DNA of 64,000 bases. Origin: Octopus sinensis (lineage: Eukaryota). The stretch is taken from NCBI RefSeq assembly GCF_006345805.1, contig NC_043009.1, positions 41,850,001 to 41,914,000 on the forward strand, given 5' to 3'. Positions 13,234-25,033 of the stretch are shown one piece after another. The translations under genes were made by a program, and so were the position numbers. Each line of letters starts with the position of its first letter. Position 1 is the stretch's first letter. The notes below the pieces were generated by a model, which saw only the letters and a program-made list of their open reading frames with translations, was not told the origin of the DNA and searched no databases.

Positions 13234-13986
13234 CAGCAAGAATAACAACAATAATAATAATGGTTGGAAATTTTGGCACAAGGCCAGTAAGATCTGGAAG
13301 GGGGTGAGTTGAATGCATCGACTCCAGTGCTCAACAGGTATTTGTTTTATCGGCCTCAGTAGGACGAAAGGCAAAGATGACCTCGGCGGAATTTGAACTC
13401 AGATCGTAAAAATAGACGAAATGCTGGTTATGATTCTGCAGCTTTCGAAGAGAATAGCATGAGAGTACCTACCAAAATAGAATATAGTAGTTTCTCTCTC
13501 TTTCGTTCTCTCTCTTTTTCCAGCAGTTAACAGTAAGTGCATCTATATTTGTATATGTGTACGTGATTGAAAGCTACTGGCTTTGCATATAATGCCATTT
13601 TATTCAGCCAAGCGGTTTAGTACAACACCAGTGATTTCGTTGGTCTTCCTATATCAACTGCGTTAGATTTTGACGTAGCCTTCGGTTGGTAGTTGTATTT
13701 AAAAGTCACAAAGTCCGACGAGACACGAACGCGCATCAAGCATTCTCACAGCGACAGCTGAACGATCTTCGCCTGCTACTGAGGTATTCATGTTTTTGAA
13801 CACAGCACGTCAGTAAGAGGAAATATAATTGCTAGACGAATACTGCTGTTAATTTGCGTTTTTCAGAATGTATTTGCTTTAAGTATGATATCCAGTTGGT
13901 TATTTTAATCTAAAACTGCTTATGCTGCATATACTGGATATATATATATATATAATATAATATATATATAATATATATATATATAT

Positions 13987-14021
<35 letters not shown>

Positions 14022-14023
14022 AC

Positions 14024-14230
14024 GTAGCGGAGATGTACTTGCATAGCAAGTGACCTGATCTGAGATTGTGTGCTGGAACAAAAACAATTGCAGTGAGGAA
14101 GGTGTTTATAAGCCATTTAAGAAACACACAAAAACCGTTAGATTCATTTCAACATTTAAATTTTATTTGTCAAATTATTTTCCTCGCTTTAAGACCGCGA
14201 CCTGTTCACTGACAAAACTTCGTGCTGCAT
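14024..14230 (-). mobile_element. Short interspersed element, probably a Penelope-like terminal repeat, carrying a hammerhead-like fold
   Basis: Non-coding block next to (TA)n that contains the fold at 14166-14216. Element class is inferred from that fold. Confidence 0.45.
14166..14216 (-). ncRNA. Candidate variant minimal type I hammerhead ribozyme (G3:C8 core)
   Basis: Minus strand: UUUGUCA-GUGAACA-G-GUCGC(GGUCUUAAA)GCGAG-GAAA-AUAA-UU-UGACAAA. 7-bp stem I, stem II with one terminal mismatch, GAAA, and UH immediately before stem I. Confidence 0.45.
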
Positions 14231-14249
14231 CACAGCCACACAAACATAT

Positions 14250-14417
14250 ACATATACGACGGACTTCTTTCCGTTTCCGTCTACCATATCCACTCACAAA
14301 GCTTTGATCGGCTCGAGGCTATATATAGTAGAAGTCACTTGCCCAAGTTGCTACGCAGTGGGACTGAAGCCGGAACCATGTGGCTGGTATGCAAGCTACT
14401 TACCACGCAGCCACTCC

Positions 14418-14420
<3 letters not shown>
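14250..14420 (-). mobile_element. SINE family A, 5' half
   Basis: Reverse-complement match to the head of 31105-31290. Confidence 0.85.
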
Positions 14421-14480
<60 letters not shown>

Positions 14481-14571
14481 ATATATATGTAGGTCCCGGG
14501 TTGATTCGGGGTTAACCACAGTAAATAAGGTACTCAATACATAGCAGAGTAAAATTAATTTATTATATAGA

Positions 14572-14626
14572 AGGAGCTTCTACAGGACTAGAACTGTTTC
14601 ATTCAAGAGAAATCATCAGGAAGCTC
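14572..14626 (-). ncRNA. Type I hammerhead ribozyme (minus-strand copy)
   Basis: GAGCUUC-CUGAUGA-U(UUC UCUU GAA)U-GAA-ACAG(UUCUAGUC)CUGU-A/-GAAGCUC. GUA cleavage triplet at 14583-14581. Confidence 0.72.
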
Positions 14627-14682
14627 AGGAGCTTCCTGATGATTTCTCTAGAATGAAACAGTTCTAGTCCTGTAGAAGCTCC

Positions 14683-14683
<1 letters not shown>
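14627..14683 (+). ncRNA. Type I hammerhead ribozyme (plus-strand copy)
   Basis: AGGAGCUUC (14627-35), CUGAUGA (14636-42), stem II UUC/GAA, GAAA (14655-58), stem III ACAG/CUGU, GUA cleavage after 14674, GAAGCUCCU (14675-83). 9-bp stem I. Confidence 0.75.
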
Positions 14684-14743
<60 letters not shown>

Positions 14744-14984
14744 CGTGCGTATAAATGTATATATAATACATGCATATATATGTGTGTGTGTGTTGTATTG
14801 TGTGCATGTGCGCATCAGCCTGTCTGTGTGAATGTAATCTTAAAGACTTTCCACACTTCTTCCTTATAAAATAGTAACCAATTCACTCCAAATTTTATTA
14901 TATATATTTAAATAAATTATATCTGTAAAGATATTCAAATATATTGTGGTCCTTCAATTACAATAAATGATAATACTTACAATT

Positions 14985-15130
14985 ACTCTCTTTTACTCTT
15001 TTACTTGTTTCAGTCATTTGACTGCGGCCATGCTGGAGCGCCGCCTTTACTCGAGCAAATCGACCCCATGACTTATTCTTTGTAATCTTAGTACTTATTC
15101 TATCGGTCTCTTTTGTCGAACCACTAAAAA
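14985..15130 (-). mobile_element. SINE family A, 3' half with (TTACTCT)n tail
   Basis: Reverse-complement match to 31430-31572. Confidence 0.85.
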
Positions 15131-16330
15131 TTAACTTAGTACATTTAAATATAAAAAAAAAATATGAGCCTAGTTTAGCTATTTTGCTAAGTTGTAGAAT
15201 TGAACTTAGTTTCTTACCTGTATACCATTCTTCTTATTTAGTACCATTCAAAGAAGACTGTGTGTGTTATCTGTTTTACTTTGGACATTATTCAAAGAAA
15301 CATATCTTAGACTCATTTTATTTGTTGTTGTTGTTGCTGTTTCTTTATGTGCTGTTTTTGCCGCCATCGTCGCCGTCATCCCCATCACCCTTGTTGTTGT
15401 CGTCGTCGTCGTTGTTTTTGCATTTGTTGTTGCTGCGGTTGTTGCTGTTGTTGTTGTTATTATTATTATTCCTTGCCTTCGGGAATATCTCGTCCTTTAT
15501 GTGTTGATCAATTGAATGCAGTTTTAAAGCCGGTGTAGTAGAAAGAAAAACAAGGATTATTTTGTAGTAGTTAAGATTTCTAAACAGATATGGAGCTTTT
15601 CAGGCATTTTGTTAGTTGAGCTGAGCATTTGAAGGCTTCAAAAACAATGTTGGTTAGGTTTCAACATTTCTAGAATAAATCCAAGATAAGTGACTATAAA
15701 TGTAAGAAATATAAACTAAGATATTACATCACAGAGGGAATAATACGGATGTAAAATCTCTGTAATTCTATACGCTATGTATTCTTAGCTAGGAATGAAA
15801 ATATTTTTCAAGGAACGAAAGGAAACATTGTATGAGAATCTACTTGAATCTAGGAACACGAATGATATAGAGTAATAAAGAAAATAAACACTTTCAGTTG
15901 AATAAGAGAGAAAAGATTTCTCTTTGATAGCTGAGTATTTGAAAATTTAAAAACAATGTTTACAAGGGCCTCTACAGTGAAGTCTGTACTCTGCCATTGA
16001 ACACTCGATACTAACCTAAAATTAGAAAGAACTTAAATACTAAAGAAAGACTGTGCATGCGTGTTTATTTGAGTTAAGTATATAAGGTAATAGAGATAAG
16101 AAAGCAGGACATCAGTGTGTGGACGTTACTGACTGTTAAAAAGCACAACCGTGACGTAATGAAATGCATTCGATATCGAACATAGCTTGTGTGTTCAAAA
16201 TAGTTGGGCAAAACATTTTCAGTGTACACTAAAGATATTTCTAGAAGTTCTATAAGAAAGGGAATTAGAAATTTAAATATCAAGAATCATGCACAGCTTG
16301 TGATGAAACAGAAATTTGTAAGGAAAACTA

Positions 16331-16730
16331 TATTCTTTTCTACTCTAGGCATAAGACCCCGAAATTTTGGGGAAGAGGTCAGTCGATTAGATCGACCTTA
16401 GTACACAACTCGTACTTAATTTATCGACTCTGAAAGGATGAAAGGCGTAGTCGACTTCGGCGGAATTTGAACTCAGAACGTAAAGAGAGACGAAATATCT
16501 GTTTCTTTATTACCTACAAGCGGCTAAACATAGAGGGGACAAACAAGCACAGACAAACGGATTAAGTCGATTATATCGACCCCAGTGCTTAACTGGTACT
16601 CATTTAATCGACCCCGAAAGAATGAAAGGCAAAGTCGACCTCGACGGAATTTGAAATCAGAACGTAACGGTAGACGAAATACGGCTACGCATTTCGCCCG
16701 GCGTGCTAACGTTTCTGCCAGCTCGCCGCC
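16331..16730 (-). mobile_element. Head-to-tail SINE family C dimer inside one 13-bp TSD
   Basis: Full C2-tailed unit (16501-16730) fused to a headless C1-tailed unit. ttgtaaggaaaac at 16316-16328 and 16731-16743. Confidence 0.85.
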
Positions 16731-17199
16731 TTGTAAGGAAAACACTATTGAACGAATTATATTCACTATTGTAATAAATATGTAAATCAATATGTATATG
16801 ATAAAGGAGAGAAATATAATTAACTCAGTATACTAGAAGCGATTTAACGGACCTCTGAAGGCAAATACTGCACGGTTGGTGCTTGAGGTCTGGAATAGTA
16901 GCGCCCATATTTTTTGCAGGTTATCTCAGACTACAGTTGTTGAGCTTGGTTGCACGTCTACAGATTCATATCTTTTAAAAAAATGTAGCCACAAAGTGAC
17001 TTAGATGTGTATCTTTTATGTTCTACTTGTTTCAGTCATTTGACCACAGCTATGCTTTTGGGATAAAAAATTCAGAAAAATAATACAAATGTGATTAGTG
17101 GGTGTTAGGCAAAGTAGGCAAATGAGAAAAGGAAGAATCTATTGGTTTCGTTGGGGAAGGTATCTAGTGTACTTTATCAATAAATATAATATTTTATCC

Positions 17200-17540
17200 T
17201 CTTTATTTTCGAGCATTGGGCTCAGTTATAAAGTAGTGAGTTCGATTCCCGTGTCGTGCTGTGTGTTGTGTTTCTAAGCAAAACAATATATTTCACATTC
17301 CACCATTTCATTCAGCTATGGAAACGAGTTGCGACGTCACTGGTGCCAAGCTGTATCGGCCTTTGCTTTACCTTTGGATAACATCAGTGGCGTGGAAAGG
17401 TGAGGCTGGTAGCATAAGCAAGGGCTGGTCTTCTATAAATAACTTTGCCCGCATTTGTGTCTAGCAGGGGAAATTTCTGGGTGCAATCGCATGGTCATTC
17501 ATGACTGCGGGGGCAGGTTTCTTTAACCCTTTACCCCTTA
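17200..17540 (+). mobile_element. SINE family B long-tail variant, diverged
   Basis: gagttcgattccc B box; gagttgcgacgtcactggtgccaagctgtatcggcc is shared with the reverse complement of 2396-2730; tttaccc-repeat tail. Confidence 0.75.
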
Positions 17541-18134
17541 CTCATTAGTGTAAAATAATATTCAGTACGCATTCTCCACACATGCATATACTGCAGATCA
17601 CCATTACGGAAGATTTTTGATCAGGAGCTAACTGTAATAAAACCGTTGTTATAAAACCCGCTGCGAATGTTATACGGAAGATCACTATAGAAATTTTACG
17701 TTTGATCAACAACTGGCTGGAGTGTGAAGCAAGATAGTTTTTTTTATCATTCAAGCAGACTTTTTTTTTAATGAAGTCGGAAGCAATATTTGGGTCTGTA
17801 GGAGATGCTTTTGAAACATTCAAATACCGAACTAACAAAATACCTGACAATCTTCTTAGAAATGTCAACTGTCGTAAACTAATTCGTCTCTTTTTTTTTC
17901 TTTTGAGGCAGGCTTTAGATTTGCATATACAAGCACTATTCAATAATGGAACGCACAGGCACTTCATCCTGGTGTAGGAACAAATCTCTTTAAATTTTAC
18001 ATAATTTCTGGCTCTAAGATGGACGCCTAGTTTAAGCGGTAGTTTTGAACAAATTATAGATACTGATGTTTTTTTAACTGATAATGATATAAATATAGTT
18101 ATATATTCGGGATTGTCATTTTTTTGTTATGCTA

Positions 18135-18466
18135 AATAAACACACGCACTGTATATTCGTTCTTCACTCATTTATTACTGTTCTTATCTTAACTCATGTC
18201 CATTGTCTGGAAATCTTTCGTTACACATCTGTGACCTCTTCAGCGATACTTTCCTTCTTCGTGTGTGCTCTTGCTCCACTTATCCCATTTTCTGCTTATC
18301 CCATTCTGAGAACAGAATAAGCAGTGCAAGATTACACGCGAAGGCGGAAAGTGTCGCTGCGGAGGTCACAGATGTTTGACGAAAGATCTCTGGACAATGG
18401 ACATGAGTTAGAATAAGAACAATAATAAACGAGTGAAGAACGAATATATTAGCGCGTGTGTTTATT
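18135..18466. repeat. Long imperfect inverted repeat (foldback): arms 18135-18283 and 18317-18466, 33-nt spacer
   Basis: Manual alignment gives about 85% identity. The near-identical peptides of ORFs 18129+ and 18280- reflect this. Confidence 0.9.
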
Positions 18467-18539
18467 CGGCAAAAAGAAATGACCGTCCCGAAATACAATA
18501 TCTGTTTCAGGAATCTTGCAACACAAATTCATAAACGAT

Positions 18540-18681
18540 ATAGAAATGCAATATTTTCCTTCCAGTATTCAATCATTTCATCAAACTCATCCCCTTTTTA
18601 TGTATGTTTAATAGAAATGCAATATTTTCCTTCCAGTATTCAATCATTTCATCAAACTCATCCCCTTTTTATGTATGTTTA
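18540..18681. repeat. Perfect 71-bp tandem duplication
   Basis: atagaaatgcaatattttcc...tgtatgttta twice. Confidence 0.92.
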
Positions 18682-21322
18682 ATATAAACAATACTATTTT
18701 TAGAAATATTGTTGGCGTGTAATTGATGTTAAGAAATCTTTCAACTATGAAAATGTTATTTTAGAACAAGATTTTCAAATTTAAATGCACTCATGGAACA
18801 AAATAATGAAAGCTGGCAGTTCTATGCCTTTTATATTTTTCACTACGGAATTTTGATAAAACTTTAATAATCACATATAATATTCAAATGAAACTAAATA
18901 ATTTAACAAGCACACAATAATTAAGAATTAAAAAGAAAAGAAATCTTATAGAAGCAAATATTATAAAACGATAGTTATTGTCATCTTTAATTTAACCTAG
19001 CAGTTATAAAACTTCATTTTCTATCGCCTTTGTGCTTATCTTGTGAAAAATATTTTTTCATGCGTTTATTAAATATAGATTAGAGACAAAAATATCACTG
19101 CTGAAGATCTTCAATTATTTTTCTAAATACCATTTGAGAATGATATCAATGGAGAAATGAATGTAGATAGAGAGGAAATTATTTTTTAAATGTGACAACG
19201 TGATAAGATGTATTATATTTACTTGCTCGACTTGTTAGGATTAGCAGGCAAATTTTATCAAAACCGCACACTATTAATTTAAAAAAACTGTAGAACATAT
19301 ATTCTAAGTTTGTATCTGACTGAAAGACAGCTGCTTCAATATATTTGATCTGATGGGTAATGGATTGAAAGGTACTCGGGTTAAGCACAATTCATAGATT
19401 ATTTTTAGACAGGAACATGAAGTGGTTTGTAGCTGATCTTGGATTCTACAGATTAGCTACGGAAACAAAATACGAATGTACATGTTGAACTCTAAATAAA
19501 ATATTGGCTCCGACGTATTTTTCTACGTCCCTTGAATTGTGAGAAAATATATATAGTTAACAGAAATTTTAAGAAAATACAGCGTCGCAAACTCATTAAA
19601 AAAACACGCGGAAACTGTTAATGTCACTTAATAATTTATTACGAGAAATCAAAACTTTCGTCACTGAACCATAACGCAGTTCCGCTGCAACTGGTTTGAG
19701 AATAGACTGCTAACCAGTTTACATAAGACTCGAGGATTTAAATTTTCTTTTCTTTTTTTTTCTCGCCAATTTTTCAGGTTGTCATCACTTGCTGTCAATT
19801 GTAGGTCAGTTATTTTGACCTTTGGTTGGAATTTATCGTTGTGGTACGTATTTCACCCCACCCTCTCTCGCTTCCCTTCTTTTTTCAATGGGGACACATA
19901 TAGTATTGTACAGTTAAGCAGAATTAGAATTCAATGATTTCAAAGATGAGATTCTACCAGTTTATGACCCCAAAACCGCAATTTAAGTACATTATATTAC
20001 TTCAGTGTGTATTTTTAACAGAAATATCATCTTTGATATATATTATGCTTCTTCTGATAAAACGGTGCCACAGTGCTGTAAATTCTGAAAGTTTGAATGT
20101 CGCAATTGTTATAGTTAAGACACTGTTGTTCGTTCATCAAATAACACCTTACTGTCTTGGAGAAAAGGAAGAACGCATTCAGATAGTGTAATCCGAAACA
20201 ATACGTCTGAATGAAGTGATCACGATCACCGTTAGGATGGTTTTGATCAAAAGTCAGCTTCATCAAGGGTTACCTGGGGTTCAACAACAACTGCGACGAC
20301 AGCAAGGACCTACGCAACAACAATCTCAGTTAGTTTGAATGTATCATAATAAAAATGAATCGGAATACTCATTAAGAAGAATATGTCTGATTCATAATAA
20401 CTGGATGAGAAATCCAGCGTGATATGGCGCTCAAGATGCATTTTAGATGACACAACGGAAACTATGATAATAACGTATATTTTTTGTGACTTTTAATAGA
20501 GTTTTGTTTTTGAATATTTTCTCATTGCAATGTACAACCATTATACAGGTCCTTTGTTTCTTTCTTCTGTGTCATAAATAAACCATTGAACAAACAGGCT
20601 TTTAGGAGAAAATTAGCAGTTTCGTTAACACAGCAATACTGTGTAAAGATTCAAACACATGGGTGTCACAGACGATATTTGTCTATGGATCGGACACCTA
20701 AGGTGCCGTTGTTCAACACATTTCAATGGTTGCATTAATAAAAGAAAGAGAAATTATATCAACCGCTGTTATGAAGTTATAATCATAGTGCTTGTTAGCG
20801 TATGTGTTTGTAAAAGAAATATAGTAATAATCAGAAATTGAAGGAAAGAGGGAGAGGGTTTGCAGGGTGAGAGATTAGAAAATTTTATGTTTCACGAGAC
20901 CCATACAAGCGTTTTTAGAAAATTTTACAGTTATAAAAGGAAAAAAAAAATGGAAACAAATAAATAAATGAATGAACGAAGAGTAGTTTAACATCAACAG
21001 TTTGTGATTACTTGACACAGTAAGCAGCTTTTTAAAATTAAAGACCGATTATCTTAGCTTAATGGACCTGGGCATATTTAGTTCTTTTCAAATGCATTTG
21101 TTAATTTAGTTCTTCTCAAGCATTCTTTGTCCCGCTGGTGTATTCTTGTCGGTTAAACACGTTCGTATGAATGTATGTCTATATGTATGAACGAATGTAT
21201 ATATATGCATATGTTTGTGCAATATATATGTATGTATAGATGCACATAACAACGCATACAAATATATATATGTGCACGCTTGTGAATGCGATTGCACACA
21301 GACACACACACACGCACACGTA

Positions 21323-21356
<34 letters not shown>

Positions 21357-21361
21357 CATAT

Positions 21362-21408
<47 letters not shown>

Positions 21409-22111
21409 CATATATGTATATGCATGTATGTGTATATCTATATATATATAATATATATATATGTTTAGGCATATATATATGCATGAATATGTATATGTGT
21501 GTGTATGTGTGTGTGTGTATGTCTGTGTGTGTGTGTGTGTCTGTGTGTGTGTGTGTGTGCCATCGCTCAGCTAAAGAAAGTAGATGACAAAACTATTAAA
21601 AGAAATGGCCACCTTGAATCAATACCTATCTGTTTGCCATTGCTAATTACTTTGCATATCCAAATGTTTTTTTTTTTTTTGTTTTTATCATATTTGCTTC
21701 TTACTTTACAATTTTCTTATTCTGATGTTTTGGTAAAGAATCTCAGTTTAAATTTTCTAAATGGTTCGCTTGGTATTTTAAATTTTCTCGGCAAAATCAT
21801 TCATTTCATTTCTATCTTCGGGGTCAGAATCTATTAATTTTCCGGTTAACTAGTTAAAATATTCAAACGTAAACACTTAAATGTCAATCGAAGAGAACCA
21901 CATATTTCTATTTGCAGATAAATTTCACTCCCGTATCGGCTCAAATACAAACTACACACACACACACACACACACACATTAGCACATATACACATATACA
22001 CACATACACTCACACACATAGCACACGACTACATTCATATACGTGTACGTACGTATACATTTATCTATCTACCTCCCCCTCTCCCCCTCTCTCTCTGTCT
22101 CTCGCTCTCTT

Positions 22112-22186
22112 GACATATGTGTATATACAGGGTTAGATGTATAAATATATATATGTATATGTATGTATATATATATATATATATAT

Positions 22187-22256
<70 letters not shown>

Positions 22257-22373
22257 AGAGAGAAACAGGCAGTGTGAGAGAGATAGAGTGAACGTATGTA
22301 TTTACAAACTGCGATATATACACGTTCATTCTCTCTCCAGACATATGTGTATATACAGGGTGAGATGTATAAG

Positions 22374-22414
<41 letters not shown>

Positions 22415-22500
22415 ATGTATATATATATATATATATGGATATATATATATATATACACATATATATATATGCATGTATATATATATATGTATATATATAT

Positions 22501-22541
<41 letters not shown>

Positions 22542-22620
22542 AAGAGAAAGAGAGACACAGACAGAAAGAGACATAGGGAGAGATAGAGTGAAAGTATGTA
22601 TTTACAAATTGCAATATATT
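22112..22620. repeat. Two-copy tandem duplication of a unit containing TA, GT and GA microsatellites
   Basis: Unique anchors gacatatgtgtatatacaggg and gagagatagagtgaa(c/a)gtatgtatttacaaa each recur. Confidence 0.8.
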
Positions 22621-23284
22621 CGCAATATGTACAGTAATTTGTGTAAAAGCTGAAGTTTCGTGAATCGTTCTTTCTGTATTTTACACTGCTAATAAAAACA
22701 AACGATTGCAGTAGTATAACAGCGTGACAATATATAAGGAAAAATATTCATAATCACTTCATATAATATGATTAGTTGCTAGCGTGTGCAAATTTCAGTG
22801 TTTATGTCCCTTTCCCCACAATAGATGCACTACGAGCAACAAATGTTTTAGCAAATCCATCAGATGTTGAATTGTTATGCGCAGAACATGTTTTATTTGC
22901 ATCTTTTTACGTGTAAAATTTAAATATTTTCATGCTTTCTTTATCAAAACTTAAGACACTTGTAAAACAACAGGATGTTTCGGTATCTGTGTCTAAAGGT
23001 ATAACTATGAAATTCACTATTCTTAAATGAGTATCTACTGTGCTCTTCAAGTCTTAATCTTTGCATACATAAACTATCTACTTTCTAAGGGCACTGATTT
23101 TGTGATTATTCATACTTCGTATTCTAAAGATCAAACATGGGGCTAAATACCGATTTTTCTGAAAGAGAATCTTCTTTGAATTAAGTGCAACCTATACACA
23201 CTTATCGATCCCCAAACCTTTGTATATGGAGCTTATCCTTTGTCCAATAAACACTTATCGTTACTGTTCATTATTACAATGACA

Positions 23285-23480
23285 AGCGGTGGACTAGTAG
23301 AATCGTTAGCATGCCGGACGAGAAGTTTAGCAGCGTTTTATCAGTCTTTACGTTCTGAGTTCATATTTCGCTGGGGCCGACTTTGCTATTCATCCTTTCA
23401 GGGTCGATGAAATAAGTGCCAGTTAAACAATGTGGTCTGTATAATCGATTAGTCTCCTCCTCCAAAATTTGAGGCCTTGT
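23285..23480 (+). mobile_element. SINE family C, diverged
   Basis: agcggtggactagtagaatcgttagc...gagttcatatttc...ggggtcgat-like core. Confidence 0.75.
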
Positions 23481-23519
23481 GACTATCGTATAAAGGATTA
23501 TTACAACGACGAAAAGCGA

Positions 23520-23830
23520 CTACTTGTCTTCCAAAAACAACCTTGTCTGGATTTATGCCTTGGAGACGAGCCTTTTCGGTGCAATCTCATGGCCATTTAT
23601 GAGCGAATGTGGTCTCTACTCTTAACTGTATCCACTTGGCATCAATGGGGTAAGAAATGTACATGAGAAATAAAAATGTTCGTCTGTGGACAATTCATAA
23701 TGAGCTTCAAAATTTGCATCCAAAATACACCTTTAACTTTATACAAAAGATTGTTGGTGTAATAGGATATGTAGCAACACATCTGGACGAAAGTAATAAT
23801 AAATTTAGATTCGTCGAGAAATAAAGTGTT
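23520..23830 (+). mobile_element. Possible highly degenerate RLE-type LINE 3' fragment
   Basis: Frames give LVWIYALETSLFGAISWPF and ELQNLHPKYTFNFIQKIVGVIGYVATHL, resembling RLE C-termini. Visual similarity only. Confidence 0.35.
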
Positions 23831-24068
23831 TCCACAGTTCATACGCTTCATATGTTCAAATAAGAATTTATATGGCCTCCTTAGGATTTAAATGGTGAAT
23901 GGCTATCCAATGCTTGAGAGAACAACAATCTGTTTTAAAATATTCATTTTCTTCATAACCATACCATCGAACCTGGGAAAATGTTTAAATGTTTTCTAAA
24001 ACACCAATCGTTGAGGAAACACAATCAAGCGGAGACACACACACACACACACACATACACACACACAC

Positions 24069-24125
<57 letters not shown>

Positions 24126-24200
24126 AAGTGTATAGCTAGCTAGCTAGCTATACAGACATATATAAATATATAATACATACATGCATACATACATACATAT

Positions 24201-24265
<65 letters not shown>

Positions 24266-25033
24266 ATCAGGTGCTGCTATTAAGTTAGTCATGGCCGGGA
24301 CCAATCTCTGATCGAAACATATTTTGTATCATACATCAAATTCTGCCCACCTACTAACTCTTTCTGTCTTTCTGTCTTATGAATTGTCTCTCACCCTTTC
24401 TTTCTTTTCTCACTCTCTCTTTCTCTCACTCTCTCTCTTTCTCTCTCTTTCTCTCTCTCTCTCTCCTTCACCTTCCCTCCATCGCTCCATTTTCACATTT
24501 CTACGCGCACTCACACATACGTATACGCAGTCTTGCACTTCTCTCCCCCATCACTTTTTTCCTTCTCTCTTCTATTTATTTACATCACTTCAGTCATTAA
24601 ACTCATGCACACATATATGCACATGTGCACACACTAAACTAACTCCTCCTCCTCCTCCTCCTCCTCTACTCCTTCTCGGTCTCTTTTAATTACATTTTAT
24701 CTCACGTATGACTTATCTAATTCAAACTCAAACACGAGCACACTCATTCATACACTCTCTTGTAAAAATAAAAGAAAACAGCAATAAAACAAGCTCACGC
24801 TTACAGCTAATGATTACACGTAAATTTACATTCATATTGCCATCCTACGCATACACCCATAGAAACACGGGCGTGCGTGCGCGCACACACACAGAGCACA
24901 CTATATTCTCATACGCTCACTCACGCTTATACACATGTACGGCAACCCATACACTCCTACGTATATATACTCACTAGCCCCTCATATCCTCACATCCACA
25001 CACACTTATTCAACCATACACATAGCAATACAT

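Larger units (their letters stand above)
14489..14691. mobile_element. Penelope-like terminal-repeat remnant with an inverted duplication (palindrome 14564-14691), embedded in (TA)n
   Basis: Two arms of about 63 nt with 1 mismatch around a 2-nt centre; each arm holds a hammerhead. Inverted terminal duplications and hammerheads are established PLE features. Confidence 0.7.

Noticed and set aside
17523-17540. TTAA-CCCTTT resembling a piggyBac terminus
   Set aside because: It is the tttaccc-repeat tail of the SINE ending here, and no matching inverted end was found.
17545-17967. 140-aa minus ORF and a possible two-exon splice (VDISKKIV-S-DLPYNIRSGFYNNGFIT)
   Set aside because: No recognisable homology, and the splice model was fitted after the fact.
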